From: a virus
Length of the DNA: 64,000 nucleotides
Virus record (IMG/VR): IMGVR_UViG_3300021168_000355
Coordinates: 1-64,000 of that record
Strand: one strand, 5' to 3'
Below are positions 9,111 to 18,790 of this stretch, in pieces. Numbering within the stretch: position 1 is the first letter of the stretch; each line of letters opens with the position of its first letter. Under the pieces are notes generated by a model. The model did no database searches and was not told the DNA's origin. It was given only the letters and a program-made list of their open reading frames with translations. A program made the translations under genes and the position numbers.

Positions 9111-9124
9111 TTGAGGAGGGAAAA

Positions 9125-9436
9125 ATGAAAGCGGTATTGATTGGGGCATTCTTACTCTCACTGGGGGCTACCAATGCGGAAGCTTGTCACCGATTTAGTC
9201 GATGGTATTACCCCTACCCCCAGCGGTGTGATACGCGGCCCCTAAAGCACGATCTGGTTTATCGGGTGACCTCAGATCCGCCCGTACCGACTCCTCGCGA
9301 GGACGATGTTACTACCGACCCAGAGATTCCATTGCCCGATATGGCAGCGGTGTGGGAACCCCAAAGTGATTTTAAGGAATTGCAAGAAGGTCTGGAGCGA
9401 AAGAAAGCCTTAATTCTTTTGCTCAGTCGTCCCTAA
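9125..9436 (+). CDS. predicted secreted protein
   Basis: Signal peptide ending AEA; ACHRFSRWYYPYPQRC; strong GAGGAGG RBS. Confidence 0.7.
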   Translation: MKAVLIGAFLLSLGATNAEACHRFSRWYYPYPQRCDTRPLKHDLVYRVTSDPPVPTPREDDVTTDPEIPLPDMAAVWEPQSDFKELQEGLERKKALILLLSRP

Positions 9437-9634
9437 TTCTTTGTTCGCCGCATCAAGCGCCGCCATGATAATATTGCCGATCGGGGATGGATCAACGAAG
9501 GGATGCATTGATCCATCACTCGCCTTAGCGAGAATGGTTGGCGTGCTTAGGGCGATAATGATTTGATTAACCGCCTCTCCTGACAGATAGATATCAGGAG
9601 TAGCAGTGCCGGGTGGCTTAAAGGGTGTGTTCAT
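9410..9634 (-). CDS. hypothetical protein (leaderless)
   Basis: ATG lies 6 nt after the -10 of the promoter at 9641-9669. Confidence 0.6.
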   Translation of the reverse strand: MNTPFKPPGTATPDIYLSGEAVNQIIIALSTPTILAKASDGSMHPFVDPSPIGNIIMAALDAANKELGTTEQKN

Positions 9635-9640
9635 TTGACC

Positions 9641-9669
9641 ACGCTATCATAAATGCCCGAGGGTGTCAA
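9641..9669 (-). promoter_or_regulatory. sigma70-type promoter
   Basis: TTGACA-N17-TAGCGT on the minus strand. Confidence 0.65.
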
Positions 9670-9673
9670 GTCC

Positions 9674-9982
9674 TTATTTGTCACTTTTTCTACTAATCCA
9701 ATAAGCTATTACTGTGGAAAATGCCGCGATGAGACCACCAATTACATTGGATGTGGTCTCATTATTTGGTACCACAAAAAATACACTAAAAACAACCAAT
9801 CCCATAAACGTTAATATAACCAAAATAGATATGGTTAACATTCCATGTGTTGGATCAAATCTGGCTGAGGCGATTAATAATATAATGGTGAATGCGATGG
9901 CAAGTGCAATACCCATAGTTGCAGGATAATCAAGAAGTTTAGGTACTGGAGGCAAGTTCCCAACATATTCACTCGGGCTCAT
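9674..9982 (-). CDS. membrane protein (3 TM), lysis-cassette associated
   Basis: Three hydrophobic helices; C-terminal FSTVIAYW pattern like small holins. Confidence 0.55.
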   Translation of the reverse strand: MSPSEYVGNLPPVPKLLDYPATMGIALAIAFTIILLIASARFDPTHGMLTISILVILTFMGLVVFSVFFVVPNNETTSNVIGGLIAAFSTVIAYWISRKSDK

Positions 9983-10215
9983 TTCCCTAAGACTTTCGCG
10001 ACACCATAGACGCCGTATAGCCCAATTGCCATCCCAGCTATTTCAAGAGAAGTCCGAAACAAATGTTCGGGCGAACACAAATCGCTTGCCGCTATTCCTG
10101 TATGGGCTAAAGCAAAACACTGGCTCACCGCATAAAAGTCCATGAGCGCGAATATCGTTAAGATTAGTAACGCACCACATAGAGCGATTAGGCTGGTGAG
10201 CGGAGTTGGGTTCAT
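9979..10215 (-). CDS. small membrane protein (2 TM)
   Basis: Two hydrophobic segments; ATGA overlaps. Confidence 0.55.
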   Translation of the reverse strand: MNPTPLTSLIALCGALLILTIFALMDFYAVSQCFALAHTGIAASDLCSPEHLFRTSLEIAGMAIGLYGVYGVAKVLGK

Positions 10216-10565
10216 TTCAGCAGCTTCAACAACCCAGCTGGGGGAAAGAAGGTGGCAGCAGCACCGATGATCATATCCTTGATATCAGTGGTATTGTAAT
10301 CCTCAGCTTTCACCGCCGGAAGTAGGTCAGATATAACTTTGGTTGCGGATTCCAGAACTGCTTCGGGATTGTCGATCTTTCCTTGTAGGACAAGTTTCCC
10401 TGCTTCCGTAAGCGCAGCACGGCGGATTTCTCCCTCGTTACTATCGCTTTCCTGAATAGCAAGTTTCGTCCGAAGCCAGTTGAACACATAGGCACAGAGG
10501 GCTGTCCCAGCAGCCCCCAGGCATGTGATCGCAAGGGATTGGAGTTCGCTGAGAATACTATCCAT
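10212..10565 (-). CDS. putative holin/antiholin-like protein
   Basis: N-terminal TM; immediately follows the endolysin. Confidence 0.45.
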   Translation of the reverse strand: MDSILSELQSLAITCLGAAGTALCAYVFNWLRTKLAIQESDSNEGEIRRAALTEAGKLVLQGKIDNPEAVLESATKVISDLLPAVKAEDYNTTDIKDMIIGAAATFFPPAGLLKLLK

Positions 10566-11253
10566 CGTCCTGCTCCAGCGTCGAGGGGTCTGGCATTGGG
10601 GCGTTCTGGGGCAATCCCGGCAACTCTGCTTCCGCCACCGTCGTTATTGATTGGGTAGCTGGAATCTGTTTTAGGGCGCCTTTGAATTTCCAGTAGTAAC
10701 CCGCAATTGTTGACGCTTTGTCGGTTCCGTTAACGATGCGTCGAGCGTTGACTGGATCTTCAATTCCTTTCGATTTAGACAGATATTTGGGTAGTCCAAC
10801 ACCTGTGAACCACCCATAGATCATTCCATCATAGGAAATGAGTGCGGATGTTTCAGCATCCAAAGCATTGTTGGCAACAGGGTGAATCTGGCAATCCTTG
10901 CCATAACGTTCTTTGAGGAATTTCTGCCCGTTCTTGTAGTTTTCTTCCCATGTTAACTGGACATAGCCTCGTCCATAATAACACTGGTTATAAGGACCGG
11001 CGGGCTTGCCATAGCTCTTGCCGGACCCGCGCCCATATTCTTCAATGGGCTGCATAGTGTAGGCAGTTTCATGGTAGAATGTTGCCAGAGCATAGGCAAG
11101 CCACATCGTACCATCATTGGGATTGTTGGCCTCGAACGCCCATTCCCAAACCTCAAGGAGGTAGTTCATACCATCGACTTGAGATTGGGTCAACGTGCCA
11201 CTGAACAGGTCTTTCCGCACAGTGTCAAAAAAGAATTTCCGATCGTAAGGCAT
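10558..11253 (-). CDS. endolysin, glycoside hydrolase family 19-like
   Basis: AYALAT.YHET, PIEEYG, YYGRGYVQLTWEENY, ARRIVNG. Confidence 0.85.
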   Translation of the reverse strand: MPYDRKFFFDTVRKDLFSGTLTQSQVDGMNYLLEVWEWAFEANNPNDGTMWLAYALATFYHETAYTMQPIEEYGRGSGKSYGKPAGPYNQCYYGRGYVQLTWEENYKNGQKFLKERYGKDCQIHPVANNALDAETSALISYDGMIYGWFTGVGLPKYLSKSKGIEDPVNARRIVNGTDKASTIAGYYWKFKGALKQIPATQSITTVAEAELPGLPQNAPMPDPSTLEQDDG

Positions 11254-11469
11254 TTATTCCTCCTCAGGTGATGGAAGCGTCGAGTTCTCTGCTGGGGGAG
11301 CAGGTTGTTGAGCAGCAGCGGGTTGATTGCCCTCATCGAGCCATGCGAGATATTCCTGATAGTCGATGTTATCGGGATCAAATGGAATGAATGCACCATC
11401 CTCGTCTCGCACGATGATGGTTTTGTGGACATCATTCGACATGTGATCCCAGATTTGGGTGTAGGACAT
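11254..11469 (-). CDS. small tail-fibre-associated protein/chaperone
   Basis: IVR..DGAFIPFDPDN.DYQEYLAWL.EGN.P motif typical of genes downstream of fibre genes. Confidence 0.65.
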   Translation of the reverse strand: MSYTQIWDHMSNDVHKTIIVRDEDGAFIPFDPDNIDYQEYLAWLDEGNQPAAAQQPAPPAENSTLPSPEEE

Positions 11470-11470
11470 G

Positions 11471-12649
11471 TTAAAGCTCCGCGGTTGCAGTTATTACGGT
11501 TGCGAATATTCCAGCAGTCGTTGTTGTGGAACAAACACGGTTATCACACACAAAGGTATTGGAACTGGGTCCACCTGATAAAACTCCGATCGCATTCGCA
11601 AATGCAGGAGCACCGAGTAGAGAAACACCTGTTAAAGTAGGTGCTGCTCTTGGAGTAACAGGAAGCCATCCAAGACCATAATAGCCACTGCCGCTGGTAG
11701 CATTGCCATTCCAGTATGCTGAAACACTTTGATAATACCGCTGGCAATCTGCCAAACTCTTGGCTGGTGATTGATGATTAAATCGTGAGGCGACAGAACC
11801 AATTTCTAACTTGACACCAGTAAATCCCATGGCAGCGCCATTAGTTCCCATTAAATTAATTGCACCAGGACCGCTGAGGAAATTACCACTTTGCCATGCA
11901 TTAAGGGTAGAAGTAACTCGGGTTGATCCCATACCTGAACTGAAAAAGACATAGACGCCGGCACCATTACCACTCAATGTCCAAGTCCCGTTCGGATCAC
12001 CGAGAATAGGAATAATAAATCGTGTCCATGTGTTAGCGGTTGTAATTGAATAAGTAAAGGGAAAAGATCGATTGGCAGCACTGTTTTGAATGGAACCAGA
12101 GTATGTACCAACTATGCTGGCATAAGCCCAAAATGATAAAGTAGCAGGTTGAGCATTTGCCGTACCCCAAGCAAAATCGCTAACCATATCAGCTTCGATC
12201 ATTTGGGAAATGCCAAAATAATCTGCTGCCAAAAGTGTATACGCTGTGGTAGAAGCTATTTGAAGTTGATAAGGGAATCCTGGATTATTGCTGGCAACCC
12301 TTTGAACTCCACCCTTTCCAGTTTGACTTGCATTCCATACCCAACGATCAATACAGTAACCCGCTACGGTAACAAGAGCACCATTATTGCGTTGGTCAAT
12401 CCGCATGTCACCATTGATGATCTTATTCTCACCAGGAGTACGGGCATCGACCTGTTGTTTCGTTGCTGCTCCAAGAGGATCGGTAGGTTCAGCAGAAAGG
12501 ATCAATGGTCCCGTCATTGTGCCGCCAGACACGGGCACATAGCCAGAGCCTACACCATTAGCGACCCATTTCGTGCCGTCCCAAATCCATTGTATTCCAC
12601 CCCCAGTGTAGATTTGGTTGAGGGTTGGACTAGCGGGGAAGTCAAGCAT
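11471..12649 (-). CDS. tail fibre/receptor-binding protein 3
   Basis: FPASPT..W.WDG.KW N-terminus; NKIINGDMRIDQR beta-sandwich; CQRYYQ tip. Confidence 0.8.
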   Translation of the reverse strand: MLDFPASPTLNQIYTGGGIQWIWDGTKWVANGVGSGYVPVSGGTMTGPLILSAEPTDPLGAATKQQVDARTPGENKIINGDMRIDQRNNGALVTVAGYCIDRWVWNASQTGKGGVQRVASNNPGFPYQLQIASTTAYTLLAADYFGISQMIEADMVSDFAWGTANAQPATLSFWAYASIVGTYSGSIQNSAANRSFPFTYSITTANTWTRFIIPILGDPNGTWTLSGNGAGVYVFFSSGMGSTRVTSTLNAWQSGNFLSGPGAINLMGTNGAAMGFTGVKLEIGSVASRFNHQSPAKSLADCQRYYQSVSAYWNGNATSGSGYYGLGWLPVTPRAAPTLTGVSLLGAPAFANAIGVLSGGPSSNTFVCDNRVCSTTTTAGIFATVITATAEL

Positions 12650-12651
12650 AG

Positions 12652-14007
12652 TTAAAACTCCGCGCTTATGGTTGCACTAAAATTACAGTTTGTACCAGCA
12701 CCACTCGCAGTAACTACCATATTGGATCTGAATCCATATGGATCCGTTTGAGGGATACCTAAAGTGGATCCATTGGAATAAATTTGATTGGAAGGTGTTA
12801 CTGTTGGTGCTGCCCGCATTGTTGTGGGAAATGTATATGAGGTATAAATCATACCACCTGCAATATTATAACCAGCCGTTAAAAACGCAAAGGTGGGTTG
12901 TTGATAGTATCGCTGGCAATCAAGCAAACTTTCGGCTAATGATTTCCGGTTAAAAGGTGTGGCGACGGAGCCAATTTCCAATTTGACGCCTGTTATAAAG
13001 AAGGCTGAACTAGCAACGGAGACGATGCTATACGCACCCGTTGCACCAAGAAAATTGCCATTTTGCCATTGTCCTGGTATACCGCGCCAATTTGTACCAC
13101 AGCCAAGGTCAAATGATAAAGATAATCCGCCACCGTTGCCACTCATTATCCACGTTCCAGAAGCATCTGGTGGAATAGGAATAGTAATTTTAGTCCACGT
13201 GCTGGCCCCTGGGAGTGCAAAGGTAAACGGATATGATCGTGTTGGTGTACTGGCTGATGTATTACGAATTGATCCACTATATGTTCCAGCATTGATTGAC
13301 GCCGCCCAAAACGACAAAGTGGCTGGTTGTGCGTTGGCTGTTCCCCAACAAAAGTCGCTGACCATGTCAGCTTCAATCACTTGGTAAACGTAGAAAAAAT
13401 CCGTTGCTAGAGAGGTATATGGTGTAGTTGGGCATAACCACGATGTATAATTAGGAAATCCAATAGCCACCGAACCCGGACCACTTCCTTGACCCCAATT
13501 AATTTTAGCGGCTTGTGCTGCGCCAAAACCAATACGATCAACGGTATAACCTGAGGCGGATCCACTAGCGACTCCTCGTTGGTTGATCCGCATGTCGCCA
13601 TTGATGATACGGTTGGAACCAATCATTGGATATTGATTGAAATACCTCAGAGTAACAGGATTGAATATGTTGACAGGATCACCATTGAGGACAAGTGGAC
13701 CGGTTAAATTGCCACCAGACAGGGGCAGATAAGCTCCGCCTTGTTGATTGGTGGCTGGCACCCACTGGGACGAATTACCGTCATAAAACCAAATATACAT
13801 TTGACCTTTGACACTATCCCACCACATTGATCCTATTGCAGGGGATGAGGGTGGAGTATCGCCGATGGATATTGATGCGCCGCCACCGCCGCCTCCCCCA
13901 GAGCCGGGTGTGAGGGTCCACTTGACGCCATCCCACGTCCAGGTGATTCCGCCCGACGTGAAAGTTTGACCATTTGTTGGATTGGCGGGGAAGTCAATCA
14001 TGGTCAA
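12652..14007 (-). CDS. tail fibre/receptor-binding protein 2
   Basis: Same architecture as 11471, plus one WWDS..GQ.Y.W module. Confidence 0.8.
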   Translation of the reverse strand: MTMIDFPANPTNGQTFTSGGITWTWDGVKWTLTPGSGGGGGGGASISIGDTPPSSPAIGSMWWDSVKGQMYIWFYDGNSSQWVPATNQQGGAYLPLSGGNLTGPLVLNGDPVNIFNPVTLRYFNQYPMIGSNRIINGDMRINQRGVASGSASGYTVDRIGFGAAQAAKINWGQGSGPGSVAIGFPNYTSWLCPTTPYTSLATDFFYVYQVIEADMVSDFCWGTANAQPATLSFWAASINAGTYSGSIRNTSASTPTRSYPFTFALPGASTWTKITIPIPPDASGTWIMSGNGGGLSLSFDLGCGTNWRGIPGQWQNGNFLGATGAYSIVSVASSAFFITGVKLEIGSVATPFNRKSLAESLLDCQRYYQQPTFAFLTAGYNIAGGMIYTSYTFPTTMRAAPTVTPSNQIYSNGSTLGIPQTDPYGFRSNMVVTASGAGTNCNFSATISAEF

Positions 14008-15074
14008 ATCTCCGAATTAAACGTTGCTGTGGATGATGACCATCCACCACCCGTCGCTGTTATAGTGGCTTGTACGGTAATAGAATTAGGTTGTGCATTG
14101 TTAAGGGAAATTGCCCCCATATTGCTTACACTTGAATTGGTAAATGCTACAGTGGGTGCAACTCTCATTTGAACTGGGAAATAATAACTAGACCACATTA
14201 CTCCGGGCGCCACATTATAACCTCCAATAAATGTGTTGGCTGTCTGATAATACCGCTGGCAATCTCGCAGAACTTTTCCTGGCGTCTCACGATTGAATGG
14301 TGTTGGAACATTTCCAATTTCCAGTTTGACACCAGAAAGTTGAAAGATTGCACCATTGGTGGCAACAATACCCGCTGCTCCCGCTACACCGTTTACATTG
14401 CCATTTTGCCATTGATTTGGTACAGCAGATCGGACACTAGATCCAGAGCCAAGATCAAAGGTAACATAGACCGATCCACCACTACCAGAGTTGACCCATG
14501 TGCCACCAACATCACCTGGAATAGTTACAACAACCTTCGACCAACCAGCTGAAACAGAAAAGGTGAATGGATAGCATCGATTAACTGGTGGACCATAGTT
14601 ACTGATACAACCGGAATATGTTCCTTGAGCACTGACATTAACCCAGAAAGATAATGTAACAGGTTGAGCGCCAGGTGTGCCCCACGCGAAGTCATTGACC
14701 ATGTTGGCTTCGATGGGCTGGAAATAGCAAAAACTATCTGCCGCTGCTGCTGTATAGGCAGATAATGAAGTAATGGACATGCAACGTGGAAAACCATTTG
14801 GAGTTCCAGCAACGCTGTTCGATGTAGCCCAATTCATTTTACCGGCCACAGACATACCAAGTTTCCACCGGTCTGCTGTTATACCTGTCAGTGTTCCACT
14901 TGATCCATATTGATTGACTAAAAAATCACCATTGATAATACGGTTGGATCCTGTTGACAATGGGGGCTGAACAGCGGTGCCAGTAGCCAGCCACTTCTTT
15001 CCATCCCAAGTCCAGGATTGTGGACCCGAAGTGAAAGCTTGACCAACGGTGGGCGAGTCAGGGAAATTAATCAT
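14004..15074 (-). CDS. tail fibre/receptor-binding protein 1
   Basis: FPDSPT..WTWDGKKW; NRIINGDF; CQRYYQ. Confidence 0.8.
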   Translation of the reverse strand: MINFPDSPTVGQAFTSGPQSWTWDGKKWLATGTAVQPPLSTGSNRIINGDFLVNQYGSSGTLTGITADRWKLGMSVAGKMNWATSNSVAGTPNGFPRCMSITSLSAYTAAAADSFCYFQPIEANMVNDFAWGTPGAQPVTLSFWVNVSAQGTYSGCISNYGPPVNRCYPFTFSVSAGWSKVVVTIPGDVGGTWVNSGSGGSVYVTFDLGSGSSVRSAVPNQWQNGNVNGVAGAAGIVATNGAIFQLSGVKLEIGNVPTPFNRETPGKVLRDCQRYYQTANTFIGGYNVAPGVMWSSYYFPVQMRVAPTVAFTNSSVSNMGAISLNNAQPNSITVQATITATGGGWSSSTATFNSEI

Positions 15075-16582
15075 TGTGCTGCCTCCAGTTGGGCAACTCT
15101 AACCCTGAGTGCCTTAATCTCTTGAAGTAGGAGTGGCACAAATTTGGAATAATCGACACCCCACGAGTCGTCTGGTTCATGGTGATAGACAGCATCGGGG
15201 AATACTTCATTCACCTCTTGTGCCATAACCCCATAAGCGCGAGTACCGCTCTCAATCCACTCAAAATCATAAACCATGATTGCGTCAAGGATTGGTCCAG
15301 CATCGAAGCTTTGTTCATTGGTCTTGGAACGCGCGTCCGATCCTGTGTTAAAGGACACTACGCCCCCAGCTGCTTGGCTGATCGATCCGCCTGCACCACC
15401 CCCGTAATAAAAACTTATTGCCTGTCCGGCGGCGGAGCGATTGGTCGAAATGGAGTTAAAAGCAGCAGTGCCAGTTTCAACAACCAAACCATTGCTAGGA
15501 GCCCAACTAACACCATTTCCAGAACCCAGAGCAGCAGCGCCTCTCGCTCCACCAAGGATAATAGTGCCGTCTTGGCGCTGTAGTTTAAATGGCGTGTCTA
15601 TGTATGCACCTGTATCACTGTAGCGGCTGAAGGTGCAATTTGACCCAACGCTTCCACCGCTTTCAGTAGAGGTGTCACCAAGTTGAATATTCCATCGTAT
15701 GGTTGTCCCTCCCGGTGTTCCAGTATAACCAAGAATTTGATTGGCAAAGGCGCCGGGGGCTTTTGCCATAGTTAAATTTGAGCCAGTTGCAGCTGGAGCT
15801 AATAAGTAAACAGTCCCTCCATTGCTCTGGAGGAATTGTGCGCCAAGGCTACCACTCAACGTCCCACCAGTCAGGGGCAAATTTAGGGCATCACCTGCCT
15901 GCATCTGGGCTAAGGTAACTGCGCCAAAGGAAGCGGTCGCATTACCACTTAAAGTCAACAGACCAGTCATTGTTCCCCCAGTCAGGGGGAGGTAGCCGCC
16001 TCCAAATTGATTGGTCGTTGGCGCCCATTGACTTGAGGTGCCATCATTATACCAAATATATAATTGACCTGCCGTACTATCCCACCATAATGAGCCAACA
16101 GTGGGATTAGTGGGCGCAGTATCACCTACCGAAACTGTTGTTCCACCTCCACCGCCTCCAGAACTACCAGGTGGAATGTTGACTGCGATCACCCACTGGG
16201 ATGAATTACCGTCGTTGTAGAAAACGTAAAGCTGACCACCAACACTATCGAACCACAACTGCCCATTCTGGGGGTTGGTTGGCGGTGTGTCCGAGACAGT
16301 AACCGATCCACCAATAGGCGACCAATTTGCTGAAACAAAGGCTCCTGCATTCGAGGGCGCCAAAGCCCGATACATAATACCCTGATAAATGGCATGATCG
16401 CCAACAAAATAATTTGCCGTCGTTGAGAAATACCGAACTGCGATAAGGTCTAGGGCTGCATTGGCTGGGTTAATAACGCCGAGTTGATTATCGGCGTAAT
16501 TAACATAAAGTTCTCCTGGCAATCGACCAGTTGGTCGATTTTGCGTTGTGGAGCTACGAAGTGCTTGGACTTGATTTGGCAT
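15071..16582 (-). CDS. tail fibre with C-terminal intramolecular chaperone (peptidase S74)
   Basis: SDARSK autocleavage motif, GVMAQEV, VDYSKFVPLLLQEIK coiled coil; two WFDS/WWDS modules. Confidence 0.85.
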   Translation of the reverse strand: MPNQVQALRSSTTQNRPTGRLPGELYVNYADNQLGVINPANAALDLIAVRYFSTTANYFVGDHAIYQGIMYRALAPSNAGAFVSANWSPIGGSVTVSDTPPTNPQNGQLWFDSVGGQLYVFYNDGNSSQWVIAVNIPPGSSGGGGGGTTVSVGDTAPTNPTVGSLWWDSTAGQLYIWYNDGTSSQWAPTTNQFGGGYLPLTGGTMTGLLTLSGNATASFGAVTLAQMQAGDALNLPLTGGTLSGSLGAQFLQSNGGTVYLLAPAATGSNLTMAKAPGAFANQILGYTGTPGGTTIRWNIQLGDTSTESGGSVGSNCTFSRYSDTGAYIDTPFKLQRQDGTIILGGARGAAALGSGNGVSWAPSNGLVVETGTAAFNSISTNRSAAGQAISFYYGGGAGGSISQAAGGVVSFNTGSDARSKTNEQSFDAGPILDAIMVYDFEWIESGTRAYGVMAQEVNEVFPDAVYHHEPDDSWGVDYSKFVPLLLQEIKALRVRVAQLEAAQ

Positions 16583-16620
16583 GGCTATATAGCCTCTCGC
16601 TTAACCCTATATAGGGCGAG

Positions 16621-17259
16621 TTAATAAGTTCCGCAGTCGATTATACCAGACCAGAACCCACCTTTACGACCATAAGTTACTCCGTCTGTTGGAGCATCAG
16701 AGATACCAATGCCAGGAGCTCCTTGAGCACCTGCTGGACCAGTCGGACCAGGAATGCCTTGAGTACCCTGTATACCCTGAGGACCAGGTGGTCCCTGAAT
16801 AAGACCACCATCGATCCATCCCGCTGCATTGACAGTCGTTCCAACATAGACCCACACATGACCGGTGACGGTATAAATCAATCCCTGTCCAGAAGTCGCT
16901 TGAACAGGAGCCGGGGGATTACCGGTACTATCCCAATCCTCTGGAATTAACCCTGATGGGGGAAGGTTCGCAGGGGTATTGGTTGAGAAATCACCGATGA
17001 GTGTTCCAACTTCACCAGCTGGACCCTGAGGTCCTGCTGTGCCTTGAGGACCCGCAGGACCTTGAGGTCCTGGCGCTCCAGTCGGGCCAGGCGATCCTGG
17101 ACCCCCAGCGATGCCTTGAGGGCCGAGTGGACCCGGCGGACCTTGGGGACCAGCAGGCCCAGTGATGCCTTGAGGACCCGAGGGTCCTAGAGGTCCGGGC
17201 CCTCCAACTACTCCGTCACTACTTAGCCCAAATAGCGATGGCTTGAGAGGTGCGTTCAT
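16621..17259 (-). CDS. collagen-like fibre protein
   Basis: Long (G-X-Y)n tracts; DAPTDG.TY.R...W; ends IDCGTY. Confidence 0.8.
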   Translation of the reverse strand: MNAPLKPSLFGLSSDGVVGGPGPLGPSGPQGITGPAGPQGPPGPLGPQGIAGGPGSPGPTGAPGPQGPAGPQGTAGPQGPAGEVGTLIGDFSTNTPANLPPSGLIPEDWDSTGNPPAPVQATSGQGLIYTVTGHVWVYVGTTVNAAGWIDGGLIQGPPGPQGIQGTQGIPGPTGPAGAQGAPGIGISDAPTDGVTYGRKGGFWSGIIDCGTY

Positions 17260-17262
17260 GAG

Positions 17263-17547
17263 TTATGGCCATTGGACAGAGACAAAGTTGTGGTTTGGAA
17301 AGTCACTCGCCACAGATATGGGAAGCGTTGACTGCGGGATTACATAGTAGGGTTGACCTGGTGGCAATGCAATCGTTGTCCCATTCGCAACATTAGATGC
17401 AGGGCCTGTGGGATCAACATACAAAGGGCCAGGAGCGTTGAAGGGGTTAGACACATAGCCCCCTGACATATTAGCGCCTATGGCATTGATTGGTTGTCCA
17501 GCAGTATCTGGAGTCTGCCAAGCAAGACCTGGAACTGGAGTTGCCAT
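17263..17547 (-). CDS. small virion protein, homologous to the N-domain of 18791-19927
   Basis: GGYVSNP...LYVDPTGPA...HNF.SV. Confidence 0.65.
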   Translation of the reverse strand: MATPVPGLAWQTPDTAGQPINAIGANMSGGYVSNPFNAPGPLYVDPTGPASNVANGTTIALPPGQPYYVIPQSTLPISVASDFPNHNFVSVQWP

Positions 17548-17810
17548 TATCTTGTCTCCTCAGCAATGGAGTCTATGAGTTGAGGTTCAGGCTCAGGCAC
17601 ATATTCTCCAATGGGACCATAGGCCCCTTCAATTGCTTTGGCGTAGATCATTCGCCCATATTCCATGCCGTCAGTTGGACTAGCATAGAACGAAAGTGGC
17701 ATATTATGAAACACGCCATCAAAAAGTATTGCTCCTGTATGCTCAGGATTAATGTAACGGGGATTGTGGAGAGTCTTTAAATATATCTCCACCTGACCTG
17801 CTGTCAACAT
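17547..17810 (-). CDS. tail fibre assembly chaperone
   Basis: F.ASP.D..EYGR.IY..A..G.YGPI motif. Confidence 0.7.
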   Translation of the reverse strand: MLTAGQVEIYLKTLHNPRYINPEHTGAILFDGVFHNMPLSFYASPTDGMEYGRMIYAKAIEGAYGPIGEYVPEPEPQLIDSIAEETR

Positions 17811-18784
17811 TATGCAACCCTCTGATACATGTTAATCCACTCAACGCTTCCGTTGACATTGGATATAGCTGCATAGGATAAGATTTGTAGCCAAGAGCCA
17901 CCATAGTCGCTCATTTGGGTTCCTGTAAAGTTGACGGTACCCATAGTGAGTTGAGGCCACCCAGAAGTGTTTCGTACCACATAGATTGAGCCTGGTTGCC
18001 CATAAGCACTGAACACGCCATGAGGACCCTGAGCGCCTTGTGGGCCTTGTGGACCACCGGGGCCACCCGGTCCTTGAGGTCCTTGTGGTCCTGCAGGACC
18101 TGTTAAACCCTGAGCGCCTTGATTACCTGTGGCACCTGTCGGACCAGGGGGACCCGAGACAGATTGAACGGGGTGAACTGGTATCACGAAATTGTTATTG
18201 TTGTAATGGAATTGCATCTCAATTCCAGCAATCAACTCATTGGCAGTTAATGACGTGCCATCAAGATTGATAACAGGATAACGAGCTAATCCATCAAAGG
18301 CTGCGGTCGTGGGTCCGGTGTTATTGTGCTGGATATAAATGTCATACTGGGCACCCTGCACATACGAGGTCGATGGGGGAAACGTATTGGATGTAACTAC
18401 ATTGGGAGTGCCTGTATCAACACCGCAATGGATAAGAGACCCGTCCCCTAGTTCAGCGAATTGGACCATTGCATTCATGGCGCCCGCAGTATGCAAATGG
18501 GCGAAAATATCTCCCGCTGTCCATGCCTGCGCCTGTGTGTTCTCTTGGGCACGAACAATGGTTGCAGTATTACCGTCACTCGATATATTGGTGACATGGA
18601 CAATCTCTCGTTGGGTCCCTGTCGCTTGATCAATGAAGGTGGCAATGAATGCCTGTCCTGCCTGAGGCTGGGGGAACTGCGCCCCCGACCCCGCAGCTAG
18701 ATTGACCGAGGTACTCGTTGGAGTAATCGATCCTGAAATCGTGGTGGAGTCATTATTGCCGAAGATGAGGATTGTGCCGGCCAT
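17810..18784 (-). CDS. proximal tail fibre (baseplate-attached)
   Basis: EIVHVT...TIVRAQE.T.AQAW..GD...L.TAG N-domain, followed by collagen repeats. Confidence 0.75.
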   Translation of the reverse strand: MAGTILIFGNNDSTTISGSITPTSTSVNLAAGSGAQFPQPQAGQAFIATFIDQATGTQREIVHVTNISSDGNTATIVRAQENTQAQAWTAGDIFAHLHTAGAMNAMVQFAELGDGSLIHCGVDTGTPNVVTSNTFPPSTSYVQGAQYDIYIQHNNTGPTTAAFDGLARYPVINLDGTSLTANELIAGIEMQFHYNNNNFVIPVHPVQSVSGPPGPTGATGNQGAQGLTGPAGPQGPQGPGGPGGPQGPQGAQGPHGVFSAYGQPGSIYVVRNTSGWPQLTMGTVNFTGTQMSDYGGSWLQILSYAAISNVNGSVEWINMYQRVA

Positions 18785-18790
18785 TGTCTT

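Noticed and set aside
11471-15074. Diversity-generating retroelement or invertible fibre cassette
   Set aside because: No reverse transcriptase or invertase in the window; the paralogs are diverged, with no near-identical TR/VR pair seen
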